A stretch of 64,000 bases of DNA, from assembly GCA_951406725.2 (NCBI GenBank), contig OX597816.1, forward strand, positions 146,320,001 to 146,384,000. The letters run 5' to 3'. This DNA is from Octopus vulgaris. Taxonomy: Eukaryota. The notes below the pieces were generated by a model. The model had not been told where the DNA came from. It was given only the letters and a program-made list of their open reading frames with translations, and did not search any database. Positions 14,446 through 27,613 of this stretch are shown here, piece after piece. Position numbers and translations under genes: made by a program. Numbering within the stretch: the first letter of the stretch is position 1; the number at the start of each line of letters is the position of its first letter.

Positions 14446-16814
14446 CGCAAAACTAAGCTGTTTGTATGTAAGTTATTTGATATAATACTCGGTGTGTTGA
14501 ATATTCGACAAGTATCACGTGAACTTACAGTTAGTGTCAGTTCCTATTTCACTTGTAATTTGATTCGAAATTTTGATATAATCCTCGATACCCGAAAATA
14601 AGTTATTTCCCCTCTTTTTCATTTTCTGTCATAGAGGTATTCTACTTTGTCCGGTATCCGGGTGTCTCACATATGAGATCGTGATGTTACTTCAATCGAA
14701 GTATTGCTCCATCTCAGAATAGAAACCCATTACTGTTAATTAGTTCCCTATGAAGCCGGCGACTGGAGATCGAATTTGAACTCTAAATGTAAAATGTTGA
14801 AACTTTAATGGCTAAGTGTCGCTTTTTGACACGTTGTACATGTGTGACACTCCATCATCTACTACTACTATTTTTTTTCTTATCGACTTCCAAAATGAGA
14901 AAAGTTAACCTAACAGAATTTTAAATTAGATTACTGACTATCGGGACACATTTCACATAACGTCGTATCCGACTCTTTACCTACTCTGCCAATTTATTTG
15001 TTCTCCTGTATGAAAGGGCAAATTTTCAATCATGTCCTAAACGAAAGGAATTTTACTTTAAACTCTTGAACTTTAACAATTGCGTAATGTGAAAATCATC
15101 GTAATTGCATTCTTGAACAGGTGATTCTTTTAATGTCGAAAGCGTCTACCAATGATCAAAATTTTCCATACATGACCTCCTCGTGGTCATTGTGTAATTC
15201 AACATGCTTTATTCCCAAACTATATTATTTGTAGTGGTTTCGATTTAATGTTTGGAAGTTTTTGCTGCTATGTCTTGTAAGTCTCACACGCAGGCTATTT
15301 CCCACTAGGTCATGATAACTGATGCTAATTCATTTAGGAAGGAATATAATTAAATGTATTTTAATTTTCTAAATTCAACTTGCTAAATACTAATTCTTTA
15401 TCTCAGTAAGTCTCTTTTACCTTTATTTTAAAGTTGGATATTAATCGAACAGGCATCAACTTGCCGGCTGAATATGGAATTCTATTACCTATAACTTTTT
15501 GCACCTGTTTCATCAGGTAAAACTTGTAACTGCCATTTCCTTGGGCTTCTGAGCATGAACGTTATTCTTCATTATCTCGTTTAACCTGGCTCTCCAGGAT
15601 AGGTGGGTAATTAAGTTAGAAAATTACATGTGATGAATTGTTATCCTGTCCACGATTGATTTTTTCCCTAATACATCATGCCATGAAGTAAAAACTATAA
15701 TCTGATTTTCAAAGAAACACTGATGCTCACACTGAATTTATTTTCTTATTGTGTTATCACTTGCTTTACATTCTCTTTATCAAGTTTTGGAGATCTTTAA
15801 GATCAAGACACATTTCCCATTTGTGTTGCACTATGTGGATGAACAAAACCCTTCCCTTGCTAATATTATTAATCTACTGCAGGTAAAGTTGCCACACTTC
15901 TGCAAATTATTCGAGTCATTTAAATAGAGAACTAACGTATTTTCTGCTTCGAAGCATTACATTTTGATTCTAGAAGTTTCAATTCTTGAATATTGATATT
16001 TCTTTATAATGCGATACTTAGGGCAACTTAAGACCTAGACAAATGTTATGTGTAAAATTAAACACAAATACTCCCTATTAATTTCACTATTAGGACATTA
16101 TCGACTGCTTAGATATTTGCAAATGAAAAACCGCATCTTATTTGTTTTTTTTTTATATGTTTAGAGCCATGCCAGCCCTGCTCGGGCGTATATTTCTCTA
16201 ATGCTGTATGTGGATAGATGCTGCGATCGAACTGTGATTATAGCATCTATTTACACACAGTAAAACAATGAAATCAAATTTCTATCATATCAAATTCATA
16301 TCGTATTACTAAAATAACCCAATTCATGTTTACTTTCCTGACTCAAATGGATAGTAGTAATGTATAATTTTTAAACGGAATAATTTTGAATGCTGAAACG
16401 ATATTTGATTCATATATGACTGATATTGCTAGCACGTCAGGTAAACATTCATTTGCGTCTTCTGAAGATTTACCTGTGAATTATGCATATTACCTCCTCC
16501 ATTCCATCCTTATTTTCAGCAGCCACAATATCACCAAATCGTTATCAGTTCATTGAACTCCTCGTTGTTATGATTCCTTCTCTGTTTGTTGATCTGAGTA
16601 TATATTAGCTATATATTGTTAGTGTATCCAAAGGCTGAGCTTCACTTGGACTGCTGTAGAATAAAAGCCCATTACTGCAGCTTTTAATTTACGCAAAACA
16701 TTTTTTGTTAGTTTGAACTATTTAATAATTAGATTTGAAATCATAATATTTATCCTCTATTTAACATTCAAATATACGAATTTGTTTTGCCTATATTATA
16801 ACATATTTAAAAAT

Positions 16815-17000
16815 GTAGGGAGTTGGCAGAACCGTAGGCACGCCGGGGCATTTCGTCTATCTTTTGTTCAAATTCCACTGAAGTAGATTTACCTTTCATC
16901 GTTTAAGGGTCGATCAAATAAGCACCAGTTGAGCATTGGGGTTAATGTAATCGGCTTATCGAAATATCTGGCTTTGTGCCAAACTTTGAAATCGATATAA
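16815..17000 (+). mobile_element. tRNA-derived SINE family B (Meta-domain-like core)
   Basis: GAGTTGGCAGAACCGTAGGCACGCCGGG head and TTTACCTTTCATCGTTTAAGGGTCGAT core. Matches 62163-62380. Confidence 0.75.
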
Positions 17001-18811
17001 CATACTTAAATAGAAATGATTTAAAATATTTTCCAACAAGAAAAGATTATTCTTTGTCACACATATGAATTTTTTCTGATGTAATTTAACCAGTTAAACA
17101 CTAATTTTGTTCAAAAGTTTAAGATGAGAATTAAGACCAAACTATTTTGTTTTTCATTTTTTGATATGAACCGTTATTCTCACCATAGGGATAGTAATGG
17201 TAGAAATGAAATTCTTCTACATCATAATTTTCAATCATTCATCAACGGAACATCGAGGCGTCTTTGAGATTTCATTACTATATCGGAAAACGCCGCGTCC
17301 TCCTCTTTTGAGCTTTTCTCAATTTCTGAAGAAAATAACACTGCGTTTCTTCAGCCTATTTATCTCTCACATGATGAACAAACTGAGAGATGGAGAAGAG
17401 GTGAGAGAGAAGATATGATAATCAATGAACAAATTTATAATGATAAATATCTAATAATAAATTATCAGAAATATAAGTTGATTTTTTTTGTAAATCCTTC
17501 TTAAAGTTTTACTGTTTCGCACTCCAATGCAGATATTAGTTCGAAATTAAAAATACTCTTTTTTTCACGCCACAGAAATGTATCCAAGTTCACACACACA
17601 AAAATTATAATAAACAATTATGTTGACTGATACCGTTTCCCTCGGTCTCTGTTGTTTATACTTTTGAACTATGTTTTCAAATTCGTATTGTAAAAAAAAT
17701 ATGAATTTCAACGCAGTAATATTTCCCCAGACTATTGTCTTCAACCTTATATCTGTTGTGAGAAAAGAATGAAACCAAGCTTCCAAACCCATGTTCATAA
17801 GATATATATCACATTGTCTTTTTAATTTTAATTGTTGCAGCAACCGCATTGTTGCTGTAAGCTTTCCTTGCACAACTGGGTTTTGCTGTATGATATGCGT
17901 GCAATCAGTGATTTGTTTCTATTCAATGCTCATTCATTAAGCATGTTTTTATAGGCACTGTTTCTGCTTATAATCGGCAAGTTCTAGTTAACTTCATTTA
18001 CAGTTATTTATACTTAAATAGTTTCTCACTCTCACCCCGCAATCTTTGCACTTGCGCGCGTGCACGCGTCCGCTTTCCGGACGAATAGATGGATAGACAG
18101 ATAGACAGACAGATAGATAGATAGGTAGATAAATAGATAGATAGATAGATAGATAGATATACATTAATCATTCACTGAGAAAGGTCTGTGGTGAGAGTTA
18201 TCAAACATGTTGGTGTTATTGAGGACCGTCTAAGCAATCTCTTCTTCACGGTTTTATAACGAAAAATATAAAGAAATTTCAAATTGGTGTAGGAGTACAA
18301 CAGAGGGAGAATGGAGCATTACCAGGTCGTTATGAAAGTTAGCAACAGATTAGCACCTCTTAGAGCATTTATTCCGAAATGAAAATACCATTCTTTGCGG
18401 AAGCAGCTCAGAGTTCAGTCAAGTTTACTCAAAGATGTAATGTTCAATGATTGTGATCATTTAATGAAAAGGTTGGTGCAATGTTAGCCGACGCTGTCAA
18501 ACAAAGGATCGTCAGCTGTGACAACAGATTTCGTAAGGTGGACATAACTGTAGAAGATAAAATATAACCGTATCACTGATGCCGTCTTATTATATTCCGA
18601 ACATTGGTAAGAGGGTTACATAGATGCACTTTTTTGTACACTGTCGTAGCTAAATGAGCTGAGATGAAATGAAAGAATGATCCACAGTTTAGGAACTTCT
18701 CTGATCTGCCACCAGTGGTTGTTGCAATTATTTTTCTTTTTAACATTTCTATATGTTCTAATCTTTGTATTTATCTTATACCCTTAAAGTAACTAAAATA
18801 TTATATTTATA

Positions 18812-18852
<41 letters not shown>

Positions 18853-18859
18853 TCACTAG

Positions 18860-19265
18860 TACTATTTTTATCACGTACGTTTACTGCACTACAGAACGCA
18901 ACTCTGTGTGCCTTGGGTATGTGCTGTGATTTGTTGTGGTTCTCGTATTTTCACTGTCTTGAAAGTGTTTTACGAAGGATTGTGTGGTGCCTAGTAGTGC
19001 TATTTTGTGTATGTTATATATACTTGTAAGTCCTGGTGTTTTTGTTATGTATTTCTCTGACTGATTTTTTATCATACCTAATAATACCATAATAGGATGA
19101 GAATTGTTTGTTTTTAGGTCCCACATTCGATTTACCTCTGTTTCCAGATCATTGTATTTTGAAAGTTTCTCCGTTTTTCAGAGAAACATTGTCACCTGTT
19201 GGTATTGATACATGGATTACAAAGCAATTTTTTCTTGGTTATCTCTAACAACTATATCCAGCCTA
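18860..19265 (-). mobile_element. R4/Dong-clade RLE LINE 3' fragment (subfamily 2)
   Basis: Minus-strand translation NRLDIVVRD..KLSKYNDLE..MWDLKT..KIALLGT corresponds to the restriction-like endonuclease and C-terminus. Flanked by (ATT)n. Confidence 0.85.
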
Positions 19266-19549
19266 TTATTATTATTATTATGGCTGACGGTTAGTAAGGA
19301 GAGACACAAATAAGAAAGAAGAAAACAAAGGACCACTGATGCGGTCACAGGAGTGTGACGAAAGAACTCTGGCCAAAATAAGATTAAGATTAATGTAAAA
19401 AATAAATAACACTGAAGCAAAATAACACCAAATATATAGTGCGTGTGTTTTTATTGGCTATACTGGCAATATGACCATTTCCGAAATATAACAATATCTG
19501 TTTCGACACACGACCTCACATAAAAAATATTGCACAACAAATATTAAAC

Positions 19550-19580
<31 letters not shown>

Positions 19581-19771
19581 CAGAAGTTGTAGTAGTCTCA
19601 TTATTATCATTATTATTGTTGTTGTTGCTGTTATTCAAAGTCTTTCATTGTTTCGGGGTCAATAAATTTCCAGTGAAACACAGGGGTGGATGTAATCGCC
19701 TAGACCCTCCTCCGAATTTCAGGCCTTGTGCCTATAGTAGAACGGATTATGGTTATTATTATTTATTATCT

Positions 19772-19939
19772 TTGCACAGCGTCTAACGCTTGAGATGTGA
19801 TACGGTGTCTCCTGTTCACTACGTGTGAAATAAGGTAGCACCCCTTTGAGCGCCATCTGGAGTATTCGAGCGGTTACAAGGAGTGCTGTTTCCTGCAAGC
19901 GCTCCACCCTTATTGCAGCCCCTATTTGTCCCATGTACC
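19772..19939 (-). mobile_element. R4/Dong LINE extreme 3' end (subfamily 1)
   Basis: QIGAAIRVERLQETALLVTARIL matches the end of the 21844-23597 copy. (ATT)n-like flanks. Confidence 0.85.
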
Positions 19940-19989
19940 TTATTATTATTATTATTATTATTTACTTTTGATCTACACATTTGTTACAG

Positions 19990-21050
19990 TCACTCTTCGA
20001 GACACACCCAGCGTCCTGGGGTGAGTGAAGGGTAAGAGATGTTATACTATGACCGAAAGTTTAGGGAGGAAGTGTAGCGAAATATCTTCATAGAATACCA
20101 CACAAACATTGAAATGGATAGAGTATTTTTAATGATATGGGCGGTACTTGTCATTACAATTTTTTGGATTTCTCTGACATATGGTTCTCCTGGAATATTA
20201 ATTAAATGTTTCTGTCATTCCTTTTTTTATCATATCTAGGGCACCTAAAATAACTAAAACACTTCTCGCTTTAAGATGCCAACTATTTTGTATTTCAAGT
20301 TCCAGGTCCTTATATTTATTCAGTTTGTCAAATTACTTTACACAAGTATTTTTATCGCTGGGAACACTTTCGTTTATTTGCCTATAAGAATTTTCTTCCT
20401 TGTCTTTAATAATTATGTCTCGTCGATTAGCCTGGATCAGTCTGTCAGTGTTGACTGGAAAATCCCAGAGAATAGTGACATTTTTGCTTTCAACAGCTGA
20501 CTCAGGCTGATGTTCATACCATTAAGCAGGAGTGCTGATTTTGTTGTCTTTACATATTTTCCAATCTAAATACTCTCCTACCCTATCGTGGAGATTTTGT
20601 ATTCATTTGGATCAGCACAAGACATCCTGAGACAAGATGGTCTATTGCTTCGTTATATGTGTTGCAGAATCTGCATTTAGGTTAATAACCATTTTGAAGA
20701 GCGTTAGGCGGGTAGTTTTTGGTGAGCAAGCTTTGATTTTGTGCCGCCAATATAAAACCTTCGGTCTCTGCTTTCAGTCCTCAACTTCTCAGCGACTGAT
20801 GTGTCGTTGCCTGATTTACATCAGAATTTTGACTTCCAAGTAAATACTGTTCATACTGAGGTTTCTGGTTCCACTGCTTCTCAATTTGTTTCTTCCCGTT
20901 CATTTTTGTAGTCTGCTTGATCCATTTCGCTTGGTTTGTGGAAGTGGTTTCAGGTTTTCAACTATTTCAGGGTTCCCTTGCGAATTTGCAAGCTTCTTTG
21001 ACAATAGAATGTGATATTTTGCTGCTTTCGTGTTTGCTACCATGTCGCAG
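19990..21050 (-). mobile_element. R4/Dong LINE 3' fragment (subfamily 3), decayed
   Basis: Minus strand gives AAQNQSLLTKNY, CRFC, HDRV, ILWDFPVNTDRLIQANRRDIIIKD and KYKDLE. Contains stops and frameshifts. Confidence 0.8.
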
Positions 21051-21062
21051 CCTCCACAATTT

Positions 21063-21205
21063 TTACGTTCTAGGATCAAATTCCACCGAGGTCGATTTTG
21101 CGGTTCATTCGTTCGGGATCCATAAAATAAGTACTAATTGAGTACTGGGGTCGATGTAATCGACAATGCCCCTTCCCCAAATTTCAGGCCGTGTGCTTAT
21201 AATAT
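21063..21205 (+). mobile_element. SINE family B, 5'-truncated
   Basis: TTCCACCGAGGTCGATTTTGC...AAATAAGTAC...GGGGTCGATGTAATCGAC. Confidence 0.8.
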
Positions 21206-21364
21206 AAATTATTATAATTTTCTTCTTGCCTTTTTTCAAGTTTGTTTCCATTTCTTGTTGAATAACTTCTCAAAACTTTGGGCAAAGAAACACACAACAT
21301 ACATTGGTAGGCCATAAAAAAACATGCCAAATTGTTCATTTATAATATATAATTATTATTATTA

Positions 21365-21583
21365 AGGTACCAAACTAGCAGAATCTCTACCACGCGGAGC
21401 AAGATGCTTTGCGAATTTCATCCGTCTTTACATTATAAGTTCAATTCCGCCGATGTTGACTTTGTCTTTCATAATTTTGGGGTCGACAGAATAAGTACAT
21501 TTGAGCACAGGGGTCAATGCACCCGACCTACCACCCACCCCACCGCCAAAGAAATTGCTAGCCTTGTGCCAGAATTTGAAACC
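21365..21583 (+). mobile_element. SINE family B, full length
   Basis: Head, core and tail (CCTTGTGCCAGAATTTGAAACC), followed by (ATT)n. Confidence 0.8.
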
Positions 21584-21606
21584 ATTATTGTTATTATTAT
21601 TATTAA

Positions 21607-21639
<33 letters not shown>

Positions 21640-21654
21640 GAAGAAGAAGAAGGG

Positions 21655-21798
21655 GAGGAATGGGTTGGTTGATTGCATCAACCCTAGAAAGGGAAACTAA
21701 AGTCAACTCTGGCGGAATGTGGGCTCAGAAAATAAGGACGCATGATATACCGCTAAGCATTTTGCCTTAAGTGCTAACGATTCTGCAAGGTCAGCGCC
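21655..21798 (-). mobile_element. SINE family B, internally deleted
   Basis: CCGCTAAGCATTTTGCC..TGCTAACGATTCTGC is the reverse complement of the head. Confidence 0.75.
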
Positions 21799-21843
21799 AT
21801 AATAATAATAATAATAATAATAATAATAGTAATAATAATAATA

Positions 21844-23597
21844 AGAGGTACCAAGGATCAACTCCTAATAGATAAAACTGTACTCAGAGACTGCAAGAGG
21901 AGGAAAAATAACTTAGCCATGTCATGGATCGACGATCGTAAGGCGTACGATATTATCCCACATTCTTGGATTATGGAATGTATGAACCTAATTGGGATTG
22001 CATCGAATGTTGAACGATTGCTTGGAAAAAGTATGGCGAAATGGAGGAGGGACCTGACAGCATACGGAAGAAGTTTAGGGACAGTAGATATTAGGAGGGG
22101 CATCTTCCAAGAGGATTGCCTGTCCCTACTGATTTTTGTACTGTGCTTGATACCACTCACACTGTTTCTCAGGAAAGCAAATGTTCGTTATGTATTCAAA
22201 AGCCGCCAACAAAATGTCGACCATTTGTTATTCATGGATGACCTCAAACTTCATGGTAAAGATGAAACCCAAGTCAGTTCCCTCGTTGATACGGTGTGTG
22301 CGTTCAATGCTGATATCAGAATGGATTTCAGACTGAGAAAGTGTGTTGTGTTAATCTTGAAGAGAAGCAACATAACTGTATGGACGGAGTAGCGATACCG
22401 TCGGGGGAGGTTATGAAGCAGATAGAAGAAACGGGATATAAGTACTTGGGGATTTAGGAAATGGATAAATTAATGGAGAAAGAAATGAGAGAAAAATTTA
22501 AGGTGGGATACTTCCGTAGACTGAGACTGATCCTTAAATTGAAATTAAATGGACGGAATAAGATCGAAGTTATCAATACCTGGGCGGTTCCACTCCTTAG
22601 ATATGGAGCAGGGGTAATCACATGGACAGTAGATGAACTAAACAGCTTAGACAGAGAGACAAGGAAGTTGCTAACTAGATATGGTTCACTCCACCTAAAA
22701 AGTGACACAGGGAGACTGTATATACCAAGAAAAAGAGGTGGAAGAGGACTTATCGGGTGCGAACACAGCATTGGAGCAGAAGAAAACAACGTAGTATGGT
22801 ATGTAAAAAAAGACAGACAGAAAAACAAGATGGCTGTGGATAAATAAAAGTGATTTAAAACCGGAAACATATGCTCTAATATGTTCTGCTCAAGAGCAAG
22901 CACTAAGAACTAACTACATAAAATACAGACTAGACAACACACCAGAAAGAGATAAGTGCAGAATCTGTGGACAAAATGGTGAGACCGTATGGTATATTAC
23001 CAGCAAATGTACGCCACTAGTCGAGAAGGAATATAAGAGACGCCACGACGATACAGCCAGGCTAGTCCATTGGACACTTTACAACAATTATGGACTTGAC
23101 AGTGAAAGAATTTGGTTCGACCGCAAACCTGAAGGCATTGTTGAAAATGGAAATGCAATGATCCTATGGGGTTTTATGATTCAGTGCGACCGTGATATTG
23201 AGAATAGGAAGCCCGACATTGTCTTAATTGAGAAAGAAAACAAACTATGCTGGCTCATAAATATAGCATGCCCAGCTGGCAACAAGTTATGCGTTAAGGA
23301 AGTATGAAAAATCGAGATGTATGACACGTTAGCTTGGGAATTTAAACAGTTGTGGTCGATGAAAAGGGTAGCAGTAGTATCAATGATTTTCGGAGCCCTG
23401 GGAACAGTGAGCAAAAATCTCGAGATGTACATGGAACAAATAGAGGCTGCATTAAGGGTGGAGCCCTTGCAGAAAGCAGCACTGCTTGGAACCGCTCAAA
23501 TACTCGGAAGGTGCTCGGGAAATGAGAGGTGTTACCTTAGTTAACTGGTAGTGAACAGCTGACACTGTAGTACACATTCGTCGTTAGAAGGCAACTA
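21844..23597 (+). mobile_element. 5'-truncated R4/Dong-clade non-LTR retrotransposon (RT + zinc knuckle + RLE), pseudogenised
   Basis: [63 protein letters not shown] and LQKAALLGTA. Starts directly after (TAA)n and ends in TAATAATGAT. Several stops and frameshifts. Confidence 0.95.
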
Positions 23598-23879
23598 TGA
23601 TAATAATGATGAGAATAATAGTAAGGAATATTATTTCATTAATTTATGCGTGTCTCTACTACAGAATCAGATTTCTGAAGGTAGTGATTTTTATTAACAT
23701 ACATTGTATGATACATGTGTTGCATTGCTGATTATATTGGCTTCTTGTTTCTCTAATATTTAATCTATTTGTTATGTAGACGATGGTCTTTGAGAGTTTT
23801 GTTATTATATTACGACGTGATTGCTCTTTGGTTTTGTTTGCTTCTGTGTTGCCAGCAAAAGTACGTGATTAGTGTAGCA

Positions 23880-24800
23880 TGAAGAAAACAACCAACTTTT
23901 CTTTATATGTAATGAGACCAACTACAAATTAGCAGCTGACTATACTGGATCAGGATTTGAATGAGCCTTATGGTGGATGCCGATATGGCTTATTTTACAG
24001 AATACTTGTAGTGTTGTGTTCCTGGTATATATCTGTACGTATGAGTTCAAACTTTCCTTTCTCACACTTTCTGCTCTTTATTTTTGTCTTTCATTTAGCA
24101 TACACATGCTTTTCATCCATTTCAAACGACTGTGTTTCTATAATTTCCGAACTTTCCTCCAGGTGATATTTTTGTCTGTTCACAGAGAAATGTATCGTAT
24201 TTGGAACGTACATATTCAGTGCCTTCACTTTAATTGAAAGTTTTGGAGTACTGCTAACTTGATGTATTGGGCATTGCTTATGTTTGTAGATGTCTTTGGA
24301 TTTGCCAGAAATTATGCGTTCAGTTGTCTTGTATTTTGTCTTTATAAATAACTGTTTTCTAGTCACATATTTATCATGTACAACCAAAATTACATATCCA
24401 TTTTTGTCTTTATATCAGTATTTCTGAGCAATTACTGGCTTAAACATTTACTTGCTCCCACGGTATCGTGTACTGGAGGATTTTGGCCTCGTAAATTGTT
24501 TTCATCGCGATTTCCTTGTTTACATACATTTTTCTACATTCTTCATATTTTTTCTTCAATATTACTAGCTTCCAATTTCTAGTTGGTCTCACTGTATATA
24601 TGGAAACGTTGTTTGTTTCCTTGATGCTACACTAGTCACTTTTTTTGTTGGCTCCTAAATAATATTTATTGGAACAGTCGTTGATTCGCAGTATTTGTTT
24701 TTATTTGCCTCCAGTTCCATACTTTATGAGTGTGGAGCTGATGTATCCCATTAGTGTCAGCTTAGTGCTATGGTTTTAGATTATATTTGGGAGTATCTTA
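23880..24800 (-). mobile_element. Probable ancient R4-like LINE relic
   Basis: Only short K/N/I-rich minus-strand segments (e.g. NAQYIKLAVLQ). No intact motif. Confidence 0.3.
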
Positions 24801-24894
24801 TGCTTTCCTCTACGATCTCCAATTTAATTGTTGATACAATAATTTATAAAAGAGATGATTTGCACATTTTTACCTATTACCATACTGTTAATAA

Positions 24895-25040
24895 TAGTTC
24901 CAAATTTTGGCAGAGGAACAGTAATTTCGACTCCAAAAAAATGAAATGCAAAGTCAAACTCGGCGTGATTTGAACTCAGAACGTAAAGACGGAAATGATG
25001 CAAAGCATTTTAGACGCCATACTAACGATTTTGCTGGCTG
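24895..25040 (-). mobile_element. SINE family B, internally deleted
   Basis: GCAAAGTCAAACTCGGCG..TTTGAACTCAGAACGTAAAGAC...CTAACGATT. Confidence 0.75.
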
Positions 25041-26144
25041 CTTTGATAAAACTGTTAATATTGATTTTCAGTTTTTGAAATTTGTCTGAAGTTTCTGAAA
25101 AAATGTTTAATATCGTTCTCTTTTATTTATGTGTGATTAATCTCATCAGTCTCACCTATTAAGCTTATGTGTTCCTGGCTCTGTTCTAATTTTCTGTTCT
25201 CAGAGACTGGATATAATATAATGTTCTCAATTATGGTAATTTACTCATTTTTATAACAGCTTTGGCAAATTTCCTAATCCCATACTCAATCCTAGGTAAT
25301 GGAGCTATTTGTAATCAAATGTTGGTAGATTTCCTAGATGGACATTATTCCTTGTAAACAGTATGTATTTCAGAGAGGATATGGTTTCGAATCTGTCTCT
25401 AAAATTTACAATAGTTGTTAGGATTCTTCATTACTAGTTGTAATATTCTTCATATATGCATAAGGCAATTTCTCGCTTACGTTATTTTGGTTGTATTTAT
25501 ACATATATGCACAAATAATACATGCATAGACACAAGCAAACACACACACACACACACACATACACACACACACACATATATTGTTTACAAAATGAAATTA
25601 CATGCTTGATGCATTTTCTTGCATTATTTATAGCTAGACTCTCAAGTATCGAAAACTTTCCTATACCATTAAATTATTTTTGATAAATTTTGTATGCCAT
25701 AATAATGGTTATCTTGATTGCCCGCGTCACTAGTAGCTCCTCCTTCAGTATATACATCTCTTTTCCAGTACCGTTTCTGTTCCTTTATGAAAGTGAGATT
25801 TCTATCGACATTGACATCCAATCTGATTTAGATTTACAATATTAGGGGAATTTTGGTTATTAACAAAAATCTTTAGGTTTATACATTTCTATATCTCCTG
25901 TATTGTTGCTTCCAGGAACAACAATTTCCCCGCGCAGCAGCAATGATTCTTTTGTAGTGTTGATCGGTTTATTCACTGATTGCTGCCAGCATAAATTAAT
26001 GAATACTGCTTTGATGTTTCTGCTAAAAATTGGGTTATTTGTTCAACCTACGGTTATGCAGCTTTTAAAATGTTGCGATGTTCTGTGCTGGATGCGTTTA
26101 ATCAGATTCGTATCACTATTGTATATTTTATAGTGTTGATCGGT

Positions 26145-26186
<42 letters not shown>

Positions 26187-26748
26187 TTACATACATATAT
26201 ATATGTACTTGTGTGTTTGTGTTGGTTCCCCCACAACCGATATTGACAACCGATATTGGTGCGTTTAAGTCCCAGTATCCTAGCAGTTCAACAAATTAGA
26301 CCGATAGAACTAACAGTGCTAGCAAATTCAAATATGCAAGCGAAGAATTTCTGCTCTCCCCTTTCCACCAGCGTGGGCTAAAATCAGTGTTTTCAAATCC
26401 AAACCAGGCAGTTCTGAGCTGATGATAGAAGTGTCGATTTTGACTAATCTTGAAACGTACGTTCTCAAATAACCTTTGCATTTGATTTTTTAATGTCTCT
26501 ACCCACATACTTTCGTGAGTTGAATTGAGCAAACACTATATGAGAGAGGTTTTCTTTAAGTATTGGAGATAGTTTTTAAAAAAGTTTTTTTAGCTGCTAT
26601 TTCTAATGAGTTCAGTATGCGGCAAAGTAATTTATTTTACTAAGCCCTTTTATATAATGTAATAATTTGAATTCGCCTTAAATGGTCCCTTTGTATACTG
26701 AATACTTGGTGAAATTGATTAATTAATTAATTTTACCCTCAATTGTTG

Positions 26749-26818
<70 letters not shown>

Positions 26819-26982
26819 GTTAATAATATCAAAGGGTAATTAGAAATATCTGAAATTTCCTTACCAGTATCCTACCGTGTAAAGGTTTAGTCAATAGACT
26901 ATATATTATCCATGCAAATACAGTGTATATTTAAACATACAAGAGGCATCTATCATAGGGTTCCTTGAAAGATAAAGACCAG

Positions 26983-27094
26983 AGTTAAATTCCAAACCAC
27001 TATTAGGAATAAATTTTCGGAGGGAATATGGTAAATGTTTTTATTTTTCACTCCCTTCGAAATTTTATCTCTAATAGTCGTTTGGAATTTGACT
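26983..27094. repeat. Imperfect inverted repeat, 45-bp arms
   Basis: 26983-27027 (AGTTAAATTCCAAACCACTATTAG...) pairs with 27050-27094 (...CTAATAGTCGTTTGGAATTTGACT). Confidence 0.85.
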
Positions 27095-27210
27095 GTACTT
27101 TCGAGCGTGTAATTGCATATATATATATATATATATATATATGCTTGGATTTAATCCTAAATCTGATTTTTTCCCTGTAAATTTGGATTTATTCCCTAAT
27201 ATTTATTATG

Positions 27211-27244
<34 letters not shown>

Positions 27245-27248
<4 letters not shown>

Positions 27249-27400
27249 AATTAAGGACTGAACACGAGAAGTGGACAGACAACATGCTAGATATGTGATG
27301 AGTTTGATTTGGGAACATAATCTTTTGTGGAGAATGGCGATTTGACGTCTATATCTAGCATGTTGAATGTCCACTTTTCGTGTTCAGTCCTTAATTGGTA
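27245..27400. mobile_element. Hairpin mini-element with 50-bp terminal inverted repeats embedded in (TA)n
   Basis: 27245-27294 versus the reverse complement of 27351-27400 shows 3 mismatches in 50. Spacer is 56 bp, with TA runs on both sides. Confidence 0.85.
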
Positions 27401-27551
27401 TATATATATACTTAATCTTCGAATTCTTTTTTTAATATGCTAGACCACTGGTTTTAATTGATAAATATTGATTTCTACCCTTAATTAATTTTATTATATA
27501 TATATATCTATATATCTATATCTATATACATACATGCATACATATATATAT

Positions 27552-27612
<61 letters not shown>

Positions 27613-27613
<1 letters not shown>

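Noticed and set aside
17565-17960. 102-aa minus ORF, faintly like a hAT/Buster BED-finger N-terminus
   Set aside because: No intact motif, so it cannot be supported by eye.
18173-18215. Hammerhead-like CACTGAGAAAGG...AAACATGTTGGTG
   Set aside because: Core and stem II are too degenerate, and there is no adjacent Penelope ORF.
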